The position numbers and the translations under genes were made by a program. Shown here piece by piece: positions 26,344 to 36,508 of a stretch of 41,105 nucleotides of DNA. The DNA comes from Minisyncoccota bacterium (GTDB taxonomy: Bacteria > Patescibacteriota > Minisyncoccia > Phycocordibacterales > UBA2100). Under the pieces are notes generated by a model. It ran no database searches and was not told the DNA's origin. It worked only from the letters and a program-made list of their open reading frames with translations. Numbering within the stretch: the stretch's first letter is position 1; every line of letters starts with the position of its first letter. The stretch is from positions 1 to 41,105 of the forward strand of contig DASSSZ010000002.1 of assembly GCA_035708165.1 (NCBI GenBank), read 5' to 3'.

Positions 26344-27756
26344 ATGCGGTACCGGCGGGCGCACTTCATCGGCATCGGAGGCGTCGGGATGAGCGCGACG
26401 GCGCTGATCCTCCGGGATGCGGGCGTTGCGGTCTCTGGATCCGATGAGGCGGTCTACCCGCCTATGAGCACGCTCCTTTCGCGCGAAGGGCTCTCCTGGC
26501 AGCCGTACGATCCTGTCAACATCCCGCTCGATGCCGACCTCATCGTCATCGGCAAGAATGCCAAGCTCGTCCCGGAGACGAATGCGGAGGTCGCCGCGGC
26601 GTACGCCTCGGGCATCCCGACGCGCTCCTTCCCCGAGGTCCTCGCCGAGCTCTCGCACGAGCTCGGCAAGACTCCGGTCGTCGTCGCCGGCAGCTACGGC
26701 AAGTCCACCTCGACGGCGCTGCTCGCGCACTGCCTGATCGAGCTCGGCGCCGACCCTTCGTACGTGATCGGCGCCGTCCCGCTCACCCCTGCGCGCAGCG
26801 CGCATCTCGGGCAAGGCGATCTGCTCATTCTCGAAGGCGACGAATACCCCTCTTCCAATACCGACCCGCGCTCGAAGTTCCTGCACCTCGACCCCGCGCA
26901 CCTGCTGCTCACGCCTGTGACGCACGATCACGTGAACGTCTTCCCCACGCCTGCCTCCTACCTCGCGCCGTTCCGCGAGCTCCTTTCCATGATCCCGGAA
27001 GCGGGAACCATCGTGGCCTGCACCGAAGGCGACCTCTCGGCCGAGATCCTGGCAGGCTGCGGCAGGACGATCGTCACGTACGGGCTTGCCGAAGGCGACT
27101 ACCGGGCCGCCGATATCGCCTGGGGCGAGACGACGACCTTCGCCATCATGCGCGGCGGCAAGCGCCTCGGGACGTTCTCGACGACGCTCCTCGGCGCGCA
27201 CAATATCCAGAATATCGTCGGTGTCGCCGCCTTCCTGCTCGAGCAGCGGCTTGGCGATGAGCGCGCGATCGGCAATGCCATCGCCTCCTTCCGCGGGCTC
27301 GTGCGCCGGCTCGACCGCAAATCCGAGAAGACCCGCATCCCTATCTTCGAGGGCTTCGGCTCATCATACGAGAAGGCACGCAGCGCGATCGACGCGATGC
27401 GTCAGCACTTCCCCGAGAAGCGCCTGCTCGTCGTCTTCGAGCCGCATACCTTCTCGTGGCGCAACCGTGATGCAATCGGCTGGTACGACGACGTCTTCGC
27501 GGGAGCCGCGAAGGCCTTCATCTACGAGCCGGCAACCCAGGGCGCGCAGACGCACCAGCAGCTCGCTCAGGAGGAGATCGTCGCGCGCGTTGCCGCGTCG
27601 GGGATGGATGCGGCAGCGATCCACGACGCGACCGCGCTGCCCGCCGTGATGGATGCGGTGCGAGACGGCGATGCGATCCTCCTCCTCTCTTCAGGACCCC
27701 TGGCCGGGCTCCCCGAGACGCTTCCCCGCGCGCTCGAAGAGGCGTTCCCGGCGTAG
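26344..27756 (+). CDS. Mur ligase, MurC/Mpl-like
   Basis: AHFIGIGGVGMSA, VSGSD, VAGSYGKSTST, LEGDEY, HDHVN, GAHNIQN, RRLD, FEPHT; TACGAT lies 6 nt before the ATG. Confidence 0.88.
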   Translation: MRYRRAHFIGIGGVGMSATALILRDAGVAVSGSDEAVYPPMSTLLSREGLSWQPYDPVNIPLDADLIVIGKNAKLVPETNAEVAAAYASGIPTRSFPEVLAELSHELGKTPVVVAGSYGKSTSTALLAHCLIELGADPSYVIGAVPLTPARSAHLGQGDLLILEGDEYPSSNTDPRSKFLHLDPAHLLLTPVTHDHVNVFPTPASYLAPFRELLSMIPEAGTIVACTEGDLSAEILAGCGRTIVTYGLAEGDYRAADIAWGETTTFAIMRGGKRLGTFSTTLLGAHNIQNIVGVAAFLLEQRLGDERAIGNAIASFRGLVRRLDRKSEKTRIPIFEGFGSSYEKARSAIDAMRQHFPEKRLLVVFEPHTFSWRNRDAIGWYDDVFAGAAKAFIYEPATQGAQTHQQLAQEEIVARVAASGMDAAAIHDATALPAVMDAVRDGDAILLLSSGPLAGLPETLPRALEEAFPA

Positions 27757-27770
27757 CATCGGGAAAAGAC

Positions 27771-27797
27771 GGAGCGCATGGCTTCGCCATGCGCTCC
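27771..27797. terminator. Bidirectional terminator between the Mur ligase and tRNA-Leu
   Basis: 12-bp stem ggagcgcatggc/gccatgcgctcc with A- and T-rich flanks. Confidence 0.75.
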
Positions 27798-27805
27798 TCG
27801 TTTTG

Positions 27806-27889
27806 TGCCGCGGAGAAGACTTGAACTTCCACCCCCTTGCGAGGACTACGACCTGAACGTAGCGCGTCTACCAATTTCGCCACCGCGGC
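27806..27889 (-). tRNA. tRNA-Leu(CAG)
   Basis: GCCGCGG acceptor stem, CUACG-UUCAGGU-CGUAG anticodon arm, long variable arm, UUCAAGU T-loop; CCA not encoded. Confidence 0.95.
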
Positions 27890-27932
27890 AACGGTGAGGC
27901 GCAGTATAGCAATTATCCTTCCGCGGCGGAAG

Positions 27933-29243
27933 CTACTCCCCTTCCACTGCCTCGATGCCGGCCCCGAGCGCGGCCAGGCGTTCATGCAGCCGCTCGTAGC
28001 CGCGGTTGATCGGATAGACATCCAGGAGCTCGGAGTCGCCGTCTGCCGCGAGCATCCCGATAAGGAGGATGGTCGCCGGCCGGAGCGCCGGCGGCGCCTT
28101 GATGCGAGCGCCCGAGAGCGGCGCGGGCCCCTCGATGAATACCCGGTGCGGATCGGCGAGCAGCATGTCGGCGCCGAGCTTGGTCATCTCCATGTAGTGG
28201 AGCGCGCGTGCCTCATAGACCCAATCGTGGATGAGCGTGCGGCCGGCGGCTTGCGTGGCGACGGGCACGAAGAACGGCAGGTTATCGATATTGATCCCGG
28301 GATACGGCCGAGGCGCGATCTTCTCCTCCGGCGCCACCAGGGCGCCCCCGGCATGGATCGTGATATCGAGAAGCCGCGTGTGGCCGTTGGCTGCGAGGTA
28401 CTGCTCGCTGCGATCGTAGCGCACGCCCATCTGCTCGAGCGTCATGAGCTCGAGCTCGAGGAAATCGATCGGGCAGCGCTCCACGGTCAAGGGCGAGCCG
28501 GTCGTCGCCGCGAGCGAGCAGAAGAACATGCTCTCGATCGGGTCCTCGCTCGGGAACCCCTCGATATCGGCATCGATATCCGCGACGCCGTGCACGATGA
28601 GAGTCGACGTGCCGATGCCCTCGATCGCCACGCCGCACGCAGCGAGGAAGACGCAGAGGTCTTGCACCATGTAGTTCGCGGAGGCGAAGCGGATCGTCGT
28701 AGTGCCCGGGATCTTCGCCGCTGCCATGAGGACATTCTCGACGCCGGTGTCGGATGCCTCGTACATCACGACATCCGCCGGCGCGAGCTCCCCCGTCTCC
28801 ACGCGGTAGTTGCCGTCCGCATCAGCCGAGAGCCGGATCCCGAGCTTCGCGAGCGCGAGCTCATGCGCGCTCATGGAGCGATTGCCCAGCTTGCAGCCTC
28901 CCGGCACGGGAAGCGTGAAGCTCCCCAGGAGATGCGCGAGCGGCGCCGCGAACATGGCGATCGAGCGGGTCTTCTCGGCAGCCGCCTGGTCGAGCGAGGC
29001 GAGATCGATCCGCTCAGGCGGCATGATGACCATATCGCCATCCGCGCCCCATTCGATCGAGACGCCGATCGAGGTCATGACCTCGACCAGACGCTTGATC
29101 TCCTCGATCCGCGGCATCCGCCTGAGCGTCGTCTTTCCCCGGTTGAGGAGGGATGCGCAGAGCATCGCGACGGCGGCATTCTTGGAGATATTCGTCGTGA
29201 CGCTCCCTGAAAGCTCGCGCCGTCCCTCGATCCGGTAGTGCAT
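27933..29243 (-). CDS. murA: UDP-N-acetylglucosamine 1-carboxyvinyltransferase
   Basis: SKNAAV, LPVPGGCKLG (catalytic Cys), ASDTGVENVLMAA, PSEDPIE, PYPG, PINRGYE. Confidence 0.92.
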   Translation of the reverse strand: MHYRIEGRRELSGSVTTNISKNAAVAMLCASLLNRGKTTLRRMPRIEEIKRLVEVMTSIGVSIEWGADGDMVIMPPERIDLASLDQAAAEKTRSIAMFAAPLAHLLGSFTLPVPGGCKLGNRSMSAHELALAKLGIRLSADADGNYRVETGELAPADVVMYEASDTGVENVLMAAAKIPGTTTIRFASANYMVQDLCVFLAACGVAIEGIGTSTLIVHGVADIDADIEGFPSEDPIESMFFCSLAATTGSPLTVERCPIDFLELELMTLEQMGVRYDRSEQYLAANGHTRLLDITIHAGGALVAPEEKIAPRPYPGINIDNLPFFVPVATQAAGRTLIHDWVYEARALHYMEMTKLGADMLLADPHRVFIEGPAPLSGARIKAPPALRPATILLIGMLAADGDSELLDVYPINRGYERLHERLAALGAGIEAVEGE

Positions 29244-29263
29244 GAAGTGAGCATAGCACGGCA

Positions 29264-29291
29264 AAAAAGAGGGCGCCTCCGAAGAGGCGCC
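29264..29291 (-). terminator. Terminator of the cold-shock gene
   Basis: ggcgcctc/gaggcgcc stem with a UUCG loop and U6 on the minus strand. Confidence 0.8.
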
Positions 29292-29297
29292 TGGTGG

Positions 29298-29726
29298 TCA
29301 GATCCGGATCGCGATCGCCCGCGGGCGGGGCTTCGCATCGCTGAGCCGCACTTTCACATGCTGATTCCGTGCAAGTACAGGGATATTCGCGGCATCGAGC
29401 ACGCTTTTGTGCACGTATACCTTCCCGATTTCGGCGCAGGAGATGAAACCATACCCGCGTCGCGCATAGTAGCGTTCGACCGTGCCTGTCACGTATTCCG
29501 TCTGGACGGCCTTGATCGAGGTCACGGTAGGACCCTTCTCGCCGAAGGCATACGAGACCTCGTACACTTCATCGAAACGCAGCTGGATGCGGCTCCGGCG
29601 GATGATTGCTGCATGGACGAACAGGTCCTGCGCGATCTCGGTCGAGGACATGAATCCGAATCCGCGGTCATCCTTGAACCATTTCAGCATCGCGCGGACG
29701 GTCCGCGGCGGCGCGTCATGAGACAT
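29298..29726 (-). CDS. Tandem cold-shock-domain protein
   Basis: KWFKDDRGFGFM..DLFVH and ERYYARRGYGFI..KVYVH (RNP1/RNP2 twice); AGAGGAG upstream. Confidence 0.85.
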   Translation of the reverse strand: MSHDAPPRTVRAMLKWFKDDRGFGFMSSTEIAQDLFVHAAIIRRSRIQLRFDEVYEVSYAFGEKGPTVTSIKAVQTEYVTGTVERYYARRGYGFISCAEIGKVYVHKSVLDAANIPVLARNQHVKVRLSDAKPRPRAIAIRI

Positions 29727-29844
29727 CGCATATCTCCTCTACTAGAATGCCAGGCGATACTTTCGCATGAATGGAAGGCGGGGTCAACCGCTGAACCATG
29801 GGAGCGATCCGCGGAATGACGCAATTCCGAGAGGACCCCCGCGC

Positions 29845-29870
29845 CACGAAAGTGCCTGGGCACTTTCGTG
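29845..29870. repeat. 12-bp hairpin downstream of tRNA-Ile
   Basis: cacgaaagtgcc-tg-ggcactttcgtg. Confidence 0.7.
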
Positions 29871-30029
29871 ATGATTCGCTTCGGAAGCCATACCGCACTC
29901 CGTGCGCGCTCTAGGGATCGAACCTAGGACCTTTCGAGTATCAGTCGAATGCTCTACCAACTGAGCTAAGCGCGCACGCAATGCGTTATGGAATGAACTG
30001 CCTGCGCGGAGCTTCCGAAGCGAATCATC
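29870..30029. repeat. 19-bp inverted repeat pair (29870-29888 / 30011-30029) enclosing tRNA-Ile
   Basis: gatgattcgcttcggaagc / gcttccgaagcgaatcatc. Confidence 0.85.
29903..29975 (-). tRNA. tRNA-Ile(GAU)
   Basis: GCGCGCU acceptor stem, UUCGA-CUGAUAC-UCGAA anticodon arm, UUCGAUC T-loop; CCA not encoded. Confidence 0.95.
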
Positions 30030-30056
30030 CGAAAGATGTACAGCTTCTGTAAGAAG

Positions 30057-30091
30057 TCAGTCGAATGCTCTGCCAACTGAGCTAAGCGCGC
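30057..30091 (-). pseudogene. Duplicated 5' half of tRNA-Ile, truncated inside the anticodon
   Basis: 36-bp direct repeat of 29941-29976 with 1 mismatch, 116 nt away; TACTAT -10 lies 9 nt upstream. Confidence 0.85.
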
Positions 30092-30182
30092 AGTGGAAAG
30101 ATAGTAGCAAAAAAGGGGCTGCCATGCTACTCTCGATAGGCCGTAAGGCACTGTTCATCAAAAACCCACTGAGGAGGGATAG

Positions 30183-30428
30183 GTGAAAGGTAAGAATAAG
30201 CCAGGACGCGAAAAGGGCATCTGCCTCAAGCGCAAGCGCGAGCGGCGCAGGGCCGAGGAAGATGCGCGGAAGGAGGCACATATGCTCCTGAGCGCAAGCC
30301 GCCGCGAGGACCTGCTTCTGAGCGCCGAGATCGCAGCCGACCGGCAGCGCCGCAATACGCGGCTGAAGCTCAGCAGCCTGATCCGCGCCGGCGGCGTGGA
30401 TGAATCGCATTACCCGGCTTTTGCCTGA
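30183..30428 (+). CDS. Small basic hypothetical protein (81 aa)
   Basis: GAGGAGG upstream of GTG; terminator immediately downstream. Confidence 0.5.
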   Translation: MKGKNKPGREKGICLKRKRERRRAEEDARKEAHMLLSASRREDLLLSAEIAADRQRRNTRLKLSSLIRAGGVDESHYPAFA

Positions 30429-30434
30429 TCACAA

Positions 30435-30470
30435 CCCGGAAGACGCATATGCGTCTTCCGGGAATCTTTT
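30435..30470 (+). terminator. Terminator (perfect 28-bp palindrome plus T-run)
   Basis: cccggaagacgcat|atgcgtcttccggg followed by aatcttttt. Confidence 0.7.
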
Positions 30471-30530
30471 TGCACCGAAAACGAACCGCCGCCGTATCTG
30501 AGATTTCATAATCAGAGGGGTGGATAACTG

Positions 30531-30572
30531 AAAACGAACCGCCGCCAGCGGATGCTGGCGGCGGTTCGTTTT
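30531..30572 (-). terminator. 16S transcript terminator (19-bp stem)
   Basis: aaaacgaaccgccgccagc-ggat-gctggcggcggttcgtttt; one arm is duplicated at 30477-30493. Confidence 0.8.
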
Positions 30573-30581
30573 GGGTCCATT

Positions 30582-32307
<1,726 letters not shown>

Positions 32308-32365
32308 TCAACGAACCATCTCTGGCCCGAGAGCCAAATGAAAACCGCTCGTATGCGGTGCGGAC

Positions 32366-32393
32366 AGTATACGGGTTCAAGGCGCCAAGTCAA
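32366..32393 (-). promoter_or_regulatory. rRNA promoter
   Basis: TTGACT-16 nt-TATACT. Confidence 0.8.
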
Positions 32394-32400
32394 GCGCAGA

Positions 32401-32431
32401 GGAAAAAGCGGCCCTGCCAAGGCAGGGCCGC
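32401..32431 (-). terminator. Intrinsic terminator
   Basis: gcggccctgcc/ggcagggccgc stem with a U-run on the minus strand. Confidence 0.75.
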
Positions 32432-32436
32432 CGCGT

Positions 32437-32880
32437 TCACGCATGGAATGACGCGAGGAATGCGATCAAGATCGCGCACACGATGATTGCCCGCCATGGG
32501 ATCCGCATCGTGATGACCTCCTGCCCTTCAGGCACCGCCGGGATATCCGGCTCCTGCGCCACACGCTGTGCAGCATGCACGCCTGCAATGAGCGCCTGCA
32601 CGGTCGTGCCGTTGGGGAATTCGATCTCCGACGGGTCGGTGCCAAGGCAGGTGCAGAGGAATCCGAGCGCTTCAGCGCATCGGAAGAAGATCGCTGAATT
32701 CGGATCATACCGGGGGATGATCTCCATCAGGAGCTTCAGATACTCGCCGGGATATTCCAGGATATCCTGGCAGAATGGGTCCCGTGCGCGATCCTGCAGC
32801 CGCGGGCCGCGAGGACAGAGCGCATGCACGCGCTCGACGGCCTCAAGGGCGCCGAGATCGTCCCTGTATGACAGCTCCAT
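32437..32880 (-). CDS. Hypothetical protein with C-terminal TM helix (147 aa)
   Basis: AGGAG upstream, terminator downstream, hydrophobic C-terminus IPWRAIIVCAILIAFLASF. Confidence 0.65.
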   Translation of the reverse strand: MELSYRDDLGALEAVERVHALCPRGPRLQDRARDPFCQDILEYPGEYLKLLMEIIPRYDPNSAIFFRCAEALGFLCTCLGTDPSEIEFPNGTTVQALIAGVHAAQRVAQEPDIPAVPEGQEVITMRIPWRAIIVCAILIAFLASFHA

Positions 32881-32963
32881 TGGTCTCTCCTAACTGACTA
32901 CTCCTGCCTTAGAGGTACCACCGGGACGGTCGCCGCGCAATACGGGCCGCCGCACCCTTTTCC

Positions 32964-32996
32964 AAAAAAGAACAAGCTCGAGGTACCTCGAGCTTG
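32964..32996 (-). terminator. Terminator (24-bp perfect palindrome)
   Basis: caagctcgaggt|acctcgagcttg with a U-run on the minus strand. Confidence 0.75.
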
Positions 32997-33008
32997 CTGG
33001 GTTCAGTA

Positions 33009-33371
33009 TCACTGCGCCAGCGCCCACAAGGCGGCAGCGACCGGGAACGCGCACAGGAGCGCGATCATGAGACTCGATACGAACCAGTGAGTGATCCATT
33101 CGCCGACTGTCTCCTCGATCTCGTAATGCATGAGGTCGGGATAGTAGTCGCCAGTAATGGAGTCGTCGCGGCGAGCAAGATTCTTGTAGTCATGGAGCCC
33201 GAGGAGCAGCGGAGTGAACGCGGCGGGGAAGATCAGGATGCACGCCACCCCCGTTCCCGCCATGGCGCACTCACCCGTGGCGAGGATGGCGCCCGCGACC
33301 AGGCACGCCAGGATGCACGAACGCCGCGCGAGAGTTTCTGGAGAAATCGTACGATTGCCGGACAGGCTCAT
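33009..33371 (-). CDS. Hypothetical membrane protein (~120 aa)
   Basis: Three hydrophobic segments; terminator directly after the stop. Confidence 0.6.
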   Translation of the reverse strand: MSLSGNRTISPETLARRSCILACLVAGAILATGECAMAGTGVACILIFPAAFTPLLLGLHDYKNLARRDDSITGDYYPDLMHYEIEETVGEWITHWFVSSLMIALLCAFPVAAALWALAQ

Positions 33372-33407
33372 CTGAGGCGCCTTTCTTGCTGGAATGCTGG
33401 TTGTATT

Positions 33408-33432
33408 TTGACAGAAAAATCTATTCTGTCAA
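33408..33432. promoter_or_regulatory. AT-rich palindrome with TTGACA on both strands
   Basis: ttgacagaa-aaatcta-ttctgtcaa. Confidence 0.45.
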
Positions 33433-33446
33433 GTACCTGGCGGTAC

Positions 33447-34358
33447 TTACTTCTTCCTGTCGAGGTACCCGGCGACCGTCACGAGGAGCGGCGTCGCGAG
33501 CGCGATCGAGGAGTAGGTGCCGGCGATGATGCCGATCAGGAGCGTCAGGGCGAAATCCTGCGTGGAGACCGGGCCGAGGAAGAAGAGCGCAAGGAGCGAG
33601 ACGGCCACCGTGAGCGAGGTATTCACCGAGCGCGTGAAGGTCTGGTTGAGCGAGGTACCAGCGATCATCTCGAAACGCTCGCGCGCCTGCTTCGGCTCCG
33701 CCTTGCGCAGGTTCTCGCGCACGCGGTCGAAGACCACGATGGTGTCGTGCACCGAGAAGCCGAGGATGGTGAGGATAGCGGTCACGAAGAGCGCGTCCGC
33801 CTGGATCCCGAAGAAGTGGCTCATGGCGGCGAAGAAGCCTACCGGCACGACGACATCGTGCGCGAGCGCGATGAGCGCGATCAGGCCATACACCCAGGAG
33901 GACACCGGCCGGGAGACCGAGCGGAACGCGAACGTGATGAAGCAGACGATGGCGAGGAGCACGAGCACGAGCGCGAGCCACGCCTTCTGCGCGAGCTCAT
34001 TGCCGATGGTCGGGCCGACCTGGTCGAGCGCCACGATGGTCGTCGGGTACTTCCCGTTCACCGAGAAGGCGGCGGGGAGCGCCTTACGCGCCTGGTCCGA
34101 GACGGTCTGCGTCTCAAGGAAGTACTCGTTCTCGCCGGAGGGGCGCAGCGAGTAGTTCGCGATGCCGATGTTCGTCAGCGGGCCATCGAGCTCGCTCGCG
34201 GCCGGCCGGGTGCTCGAGGCGTAGCTCACCTCGACCGAGGTGCCGCCGGTGAAATCGATCCCCGGGTTGATGCCCCATGCGATCGTCGCGGCAAGCGCGC
34301 AGACGACGATGACCGCCGAGATCGCATAGAACACCTTCCTGTACGTGACGATAAGCAT
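33447..34358 (-). CDS. secF: Protein translocase subunit SecF
   Basis: GIDFTGGT, VGPTIGNEL, HDVVV, GFSVHDTIVVFDRVREN, TRSVNTS, GTYSSI. Confidence 0.96.
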   Translation of the reverse strand: MLIVTYRKVFYAISAVIVVCALAATIAWGINPGIDFTGGTSVEVSYASSTRPAASELDGPLTNIGIANYSLRPSGENEYFLETQTVSDQARKALPAAFSVNGKYPTTIVALDQVGPTIGNELAQKAWLALVLVLLAIVCFITFAFRSVSRPVSSWVYGLIALIALAHDVVVPVGFFAAMSHFFGIQADALFVTAILTILGFSVHDTIVVFDRVRENLRKAEPKQARERFEMIAGTSLNQTFTRSVNTSLTVAVSLLALFFLGPVSTQDFALTLLIGIIAGTYSSIALATPLLVTVAGYLDRKK

Positions 34359-34362
34359 AGTA

Positions 34363-35667
34363 TTAGATGCGGAACTTCGTGCCGCTGCTATAGAGAAACC
34401 GCGCCAGCCGCTTGCGGCGATCGAGGCCGAGGGCGACGAGGAGCGTGCGGGAGGCCGAGATGGCAGTCAGCATGGAGACGAGGACGCCGATGCCGAAGAC
34501 GAGCGCGAAGCCCTTCACCAGCGCGGTGCCGAACCAGTAAAGGATGATCGCCGTGATCATGCTCGAGAAGTTGCTGTCGCGGATGGACGGCCATGCGCGG
34601 GCGAAGCCTTCCTTCACCGCCTCGCGGGTGTCCTTCCCTGCCGCGAGCTCTTCGCGGGTACGCTCGAAGATGAGGATGTTCGCATCCACCGCCATGCCGA
34701 TCGAGAGGATGAAGCCGGCGATGCCCGCGGCGGTGAGGGTGACCGGGATCAGCTTGAAGACCGCGAGCATCGCGACGATGTAGAGGATGAGCGCGACCGA
34801 GGCGACCACACCGGGCAGGCGGTACCACAGGAGCATGAAGATCCCGACGAGGAGGACGCCCCAAATGCCCGCCATGATGCCATCGGCGACCGCCTGGCTG
34901 CCGAGCGTGCTGCCGATCGTCTGCGTGGAGAGGAGCGTGATCGGCACCGGCAAGGCGCCGAAGTTGAGATCCTGCGCAAGGGTCTTCGCCTGCTCCGGCG
35001 TGAAGCTCCCCTGGATGATCGCCTGGCCGTCCGTGATCGGCTCCTGCACCGTCGGCGTCGAGATCGGCTGACCGTCGAGGAAGATGCCGATCACATGCCC
35101 CACGTTATTCGTCGTGAGCGTCGCGAAGAGCTGCTTGCCCTTGCTGTTGAACGTGAGCGCGACCACCGGCTGGTTCGCGAGCGAGCCCGTCGTGTTCATG
35201 AACTGGAGCTGCGCGTTCGAGAGGTACTCGCCGGTGAGGCCGGTCGCGATGAAGGACGGTGTCGTAGTGCCCGGAGTCGTGGTCTCGAGGCGGAAGTCGA
35301 GGACCGGCGTCTTGCCGATGAGGTCGATCGCCTCCTGCGTGTCGGTCACGCCCGGCAGCTCGACGACGAGGCGCTGGCCGCCCTGGCCGGTCACGCCACC
35401 CTGCTCCGTGTAGACGGACGGCTCGGCGACGCCGAACGCGTCAATGCGGCGCTCGATCGTGCTGCGCAGGGCGTCCATGGCGCCGCCCACATCGCTCCCT
35501 TCAGCGAGCTTGCTCGTGTCGGCGCTGTAGACGAGGCGGGTGCCGCCTGAGAGATCGAGCCCGAGCTCGAACGGGCGCCATCCGCCCGTCTGCGAGGCAT
35601 AGACGAACCATCCGATGGCGCAGCCCACGATCAGGACCGCGAGCGCTGCCAGCCGTTTCTGCAACAT
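34363..35667 (-). CDS. secD: Protein translocase subunit SecD
   Basis: LGLDLSGG, IERRIDAFGVAEP, GMAVDANILIFER, VKGFA; start at MLQKRL with TATACT 7 nt upstream. Confidence 0.96.
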   Translation of the reverse strand: MLQKRLAALAVLIVGCAIGWFVYASQTGGWRPFELGLDLSGGTRLVYSADTSKLAEGSDVGGAMDALRSTIERRIDAFGVAEPSVYTEQGGVTGQGGQRLVVELPGVTDTQEAIDLIGKTPVLDFRLETTTPGTTTPSFIATGLTGEYLSNAQLQFMNTTGSLANQPVVALTFNSKGKQLFATLTTNNVGHVIGIFLDGQPISTPTVQEPITDGQAIIQGSFTPEQAKTLAQDLNFGALPVPITLLSTQTIGSTLGSQAVADGIMAGIWGVLLVGIFMLLWYRLPGVVASVALILYIVAMLAVFKLIPVTLTAAGIAGFILSIGMAVDANILIFERTREELAAGKDTREAVKEGFARAWPSIRDSNFSSMITAIILYWFGTALVKGFALVFGIGVLVSMLTAISASRTLLVALGLDRRKRLARFLYSSGTKFRI

Positions 35668-35710
35668 AGGCAGTAGTATACGCACCCGCGGGCAACGCGC
35701 AATAGAGCCC

Positions 35711-36508
35711 TTAGAGAGCCCTCCGGGCGAGGTCGGCGAGGTTTGCGAAGAGCATCGCGACCGCCACCGGCCCCACGCCGCCCGGGACCGGCGTGAAGAC
35801 GCTTGCGACATCCGCGCAGCGCGGGTCCGCATCGCCTACGACCTTGCCGCCGGATTCCGAGGTCCCCGCATCGATCAAGACGCAGCCGGGCATGAGCATC
35901 GCCGGCGTGATGAGGCCGGGGCTGCCGGCGCCAGCGACGACGATGTCCGCGCTCGCAAGGGACGCAAGGCTCCCCTGCTCGAGCGTGACGACCTCGACCG
36001 CGGCGCCGGCTGCGCGGAGCGCGGCGCTGCACGGCGCGCCGACGAGCCTCCCGTCGCCGATGACGACGGCACGCTTCCCGCCCGGGACGACGCCGGCATC
36101 GTCGAGGATGGCGAGCACGGCGCGCGCGACAGGGGCCATCGCGACCCGCTCCCTTTCCGGCACCTGCGGGTTGAGCGCATCCGCATCGCGTTCGCGCGGG
36201 ATGGCGGCAAGCACGGCGTCCGTATCGAGCGCCTGCGGGAGCGGGAGCTGCACCACGACGCCCATGCAGCGCCTGGCAAGCGCCGCGACCGCGGCGATTG
36301 CTTCCTCAGTCGTGGCACGCTCCGGGAGATCGATCCGCTCGAGCGGGATGAAGAGCCGCTGCGCGGCGCGCGTCTTGATCCGCACGAACGATTCGGTCGC
36401 CGCATCCCCTGCCGCAAGCAGGATCCCGAGTGCAGGACGCTCCTCGGCGAAGCGCGCTTCGAGATCCTGGTAGATGCGCTCGGCGAGCGCGCGGCCATCT
36501 ATGATCAT
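35711..36508 (-). CDS. folD: Bifunctional methylenetetrahydrofolate dehydrogenase/cyclohydrolase
   Basis: MIIDGRALA, VQLPLP, ADIVVAGAG, IDAG, GDAD, TPVPGGVGP. Confidence 0.95.
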   Translation of the reverse strand: MIIDGRALAERIYQDLEARFAEERPALGILLAAGDAATESFVRIKTRAAQRLFIPLERIDLPERATTEEAIAAVAALARRCMGVVVQLPLPQALDTDAVLAAIPRERDADALNPQVPERERVAMAPVARAVLAILDDAGVVPGGKRAVVIGDGRLVGAPCSAALRAAGAAVEVVTLEQGSLASLASADIVVAGAGSPGLITPAMLMPGCVLIDAGTSESGGKVVGDADPRCADVASVFTPVPGGVGPVAVAMLFANLADLARRAL

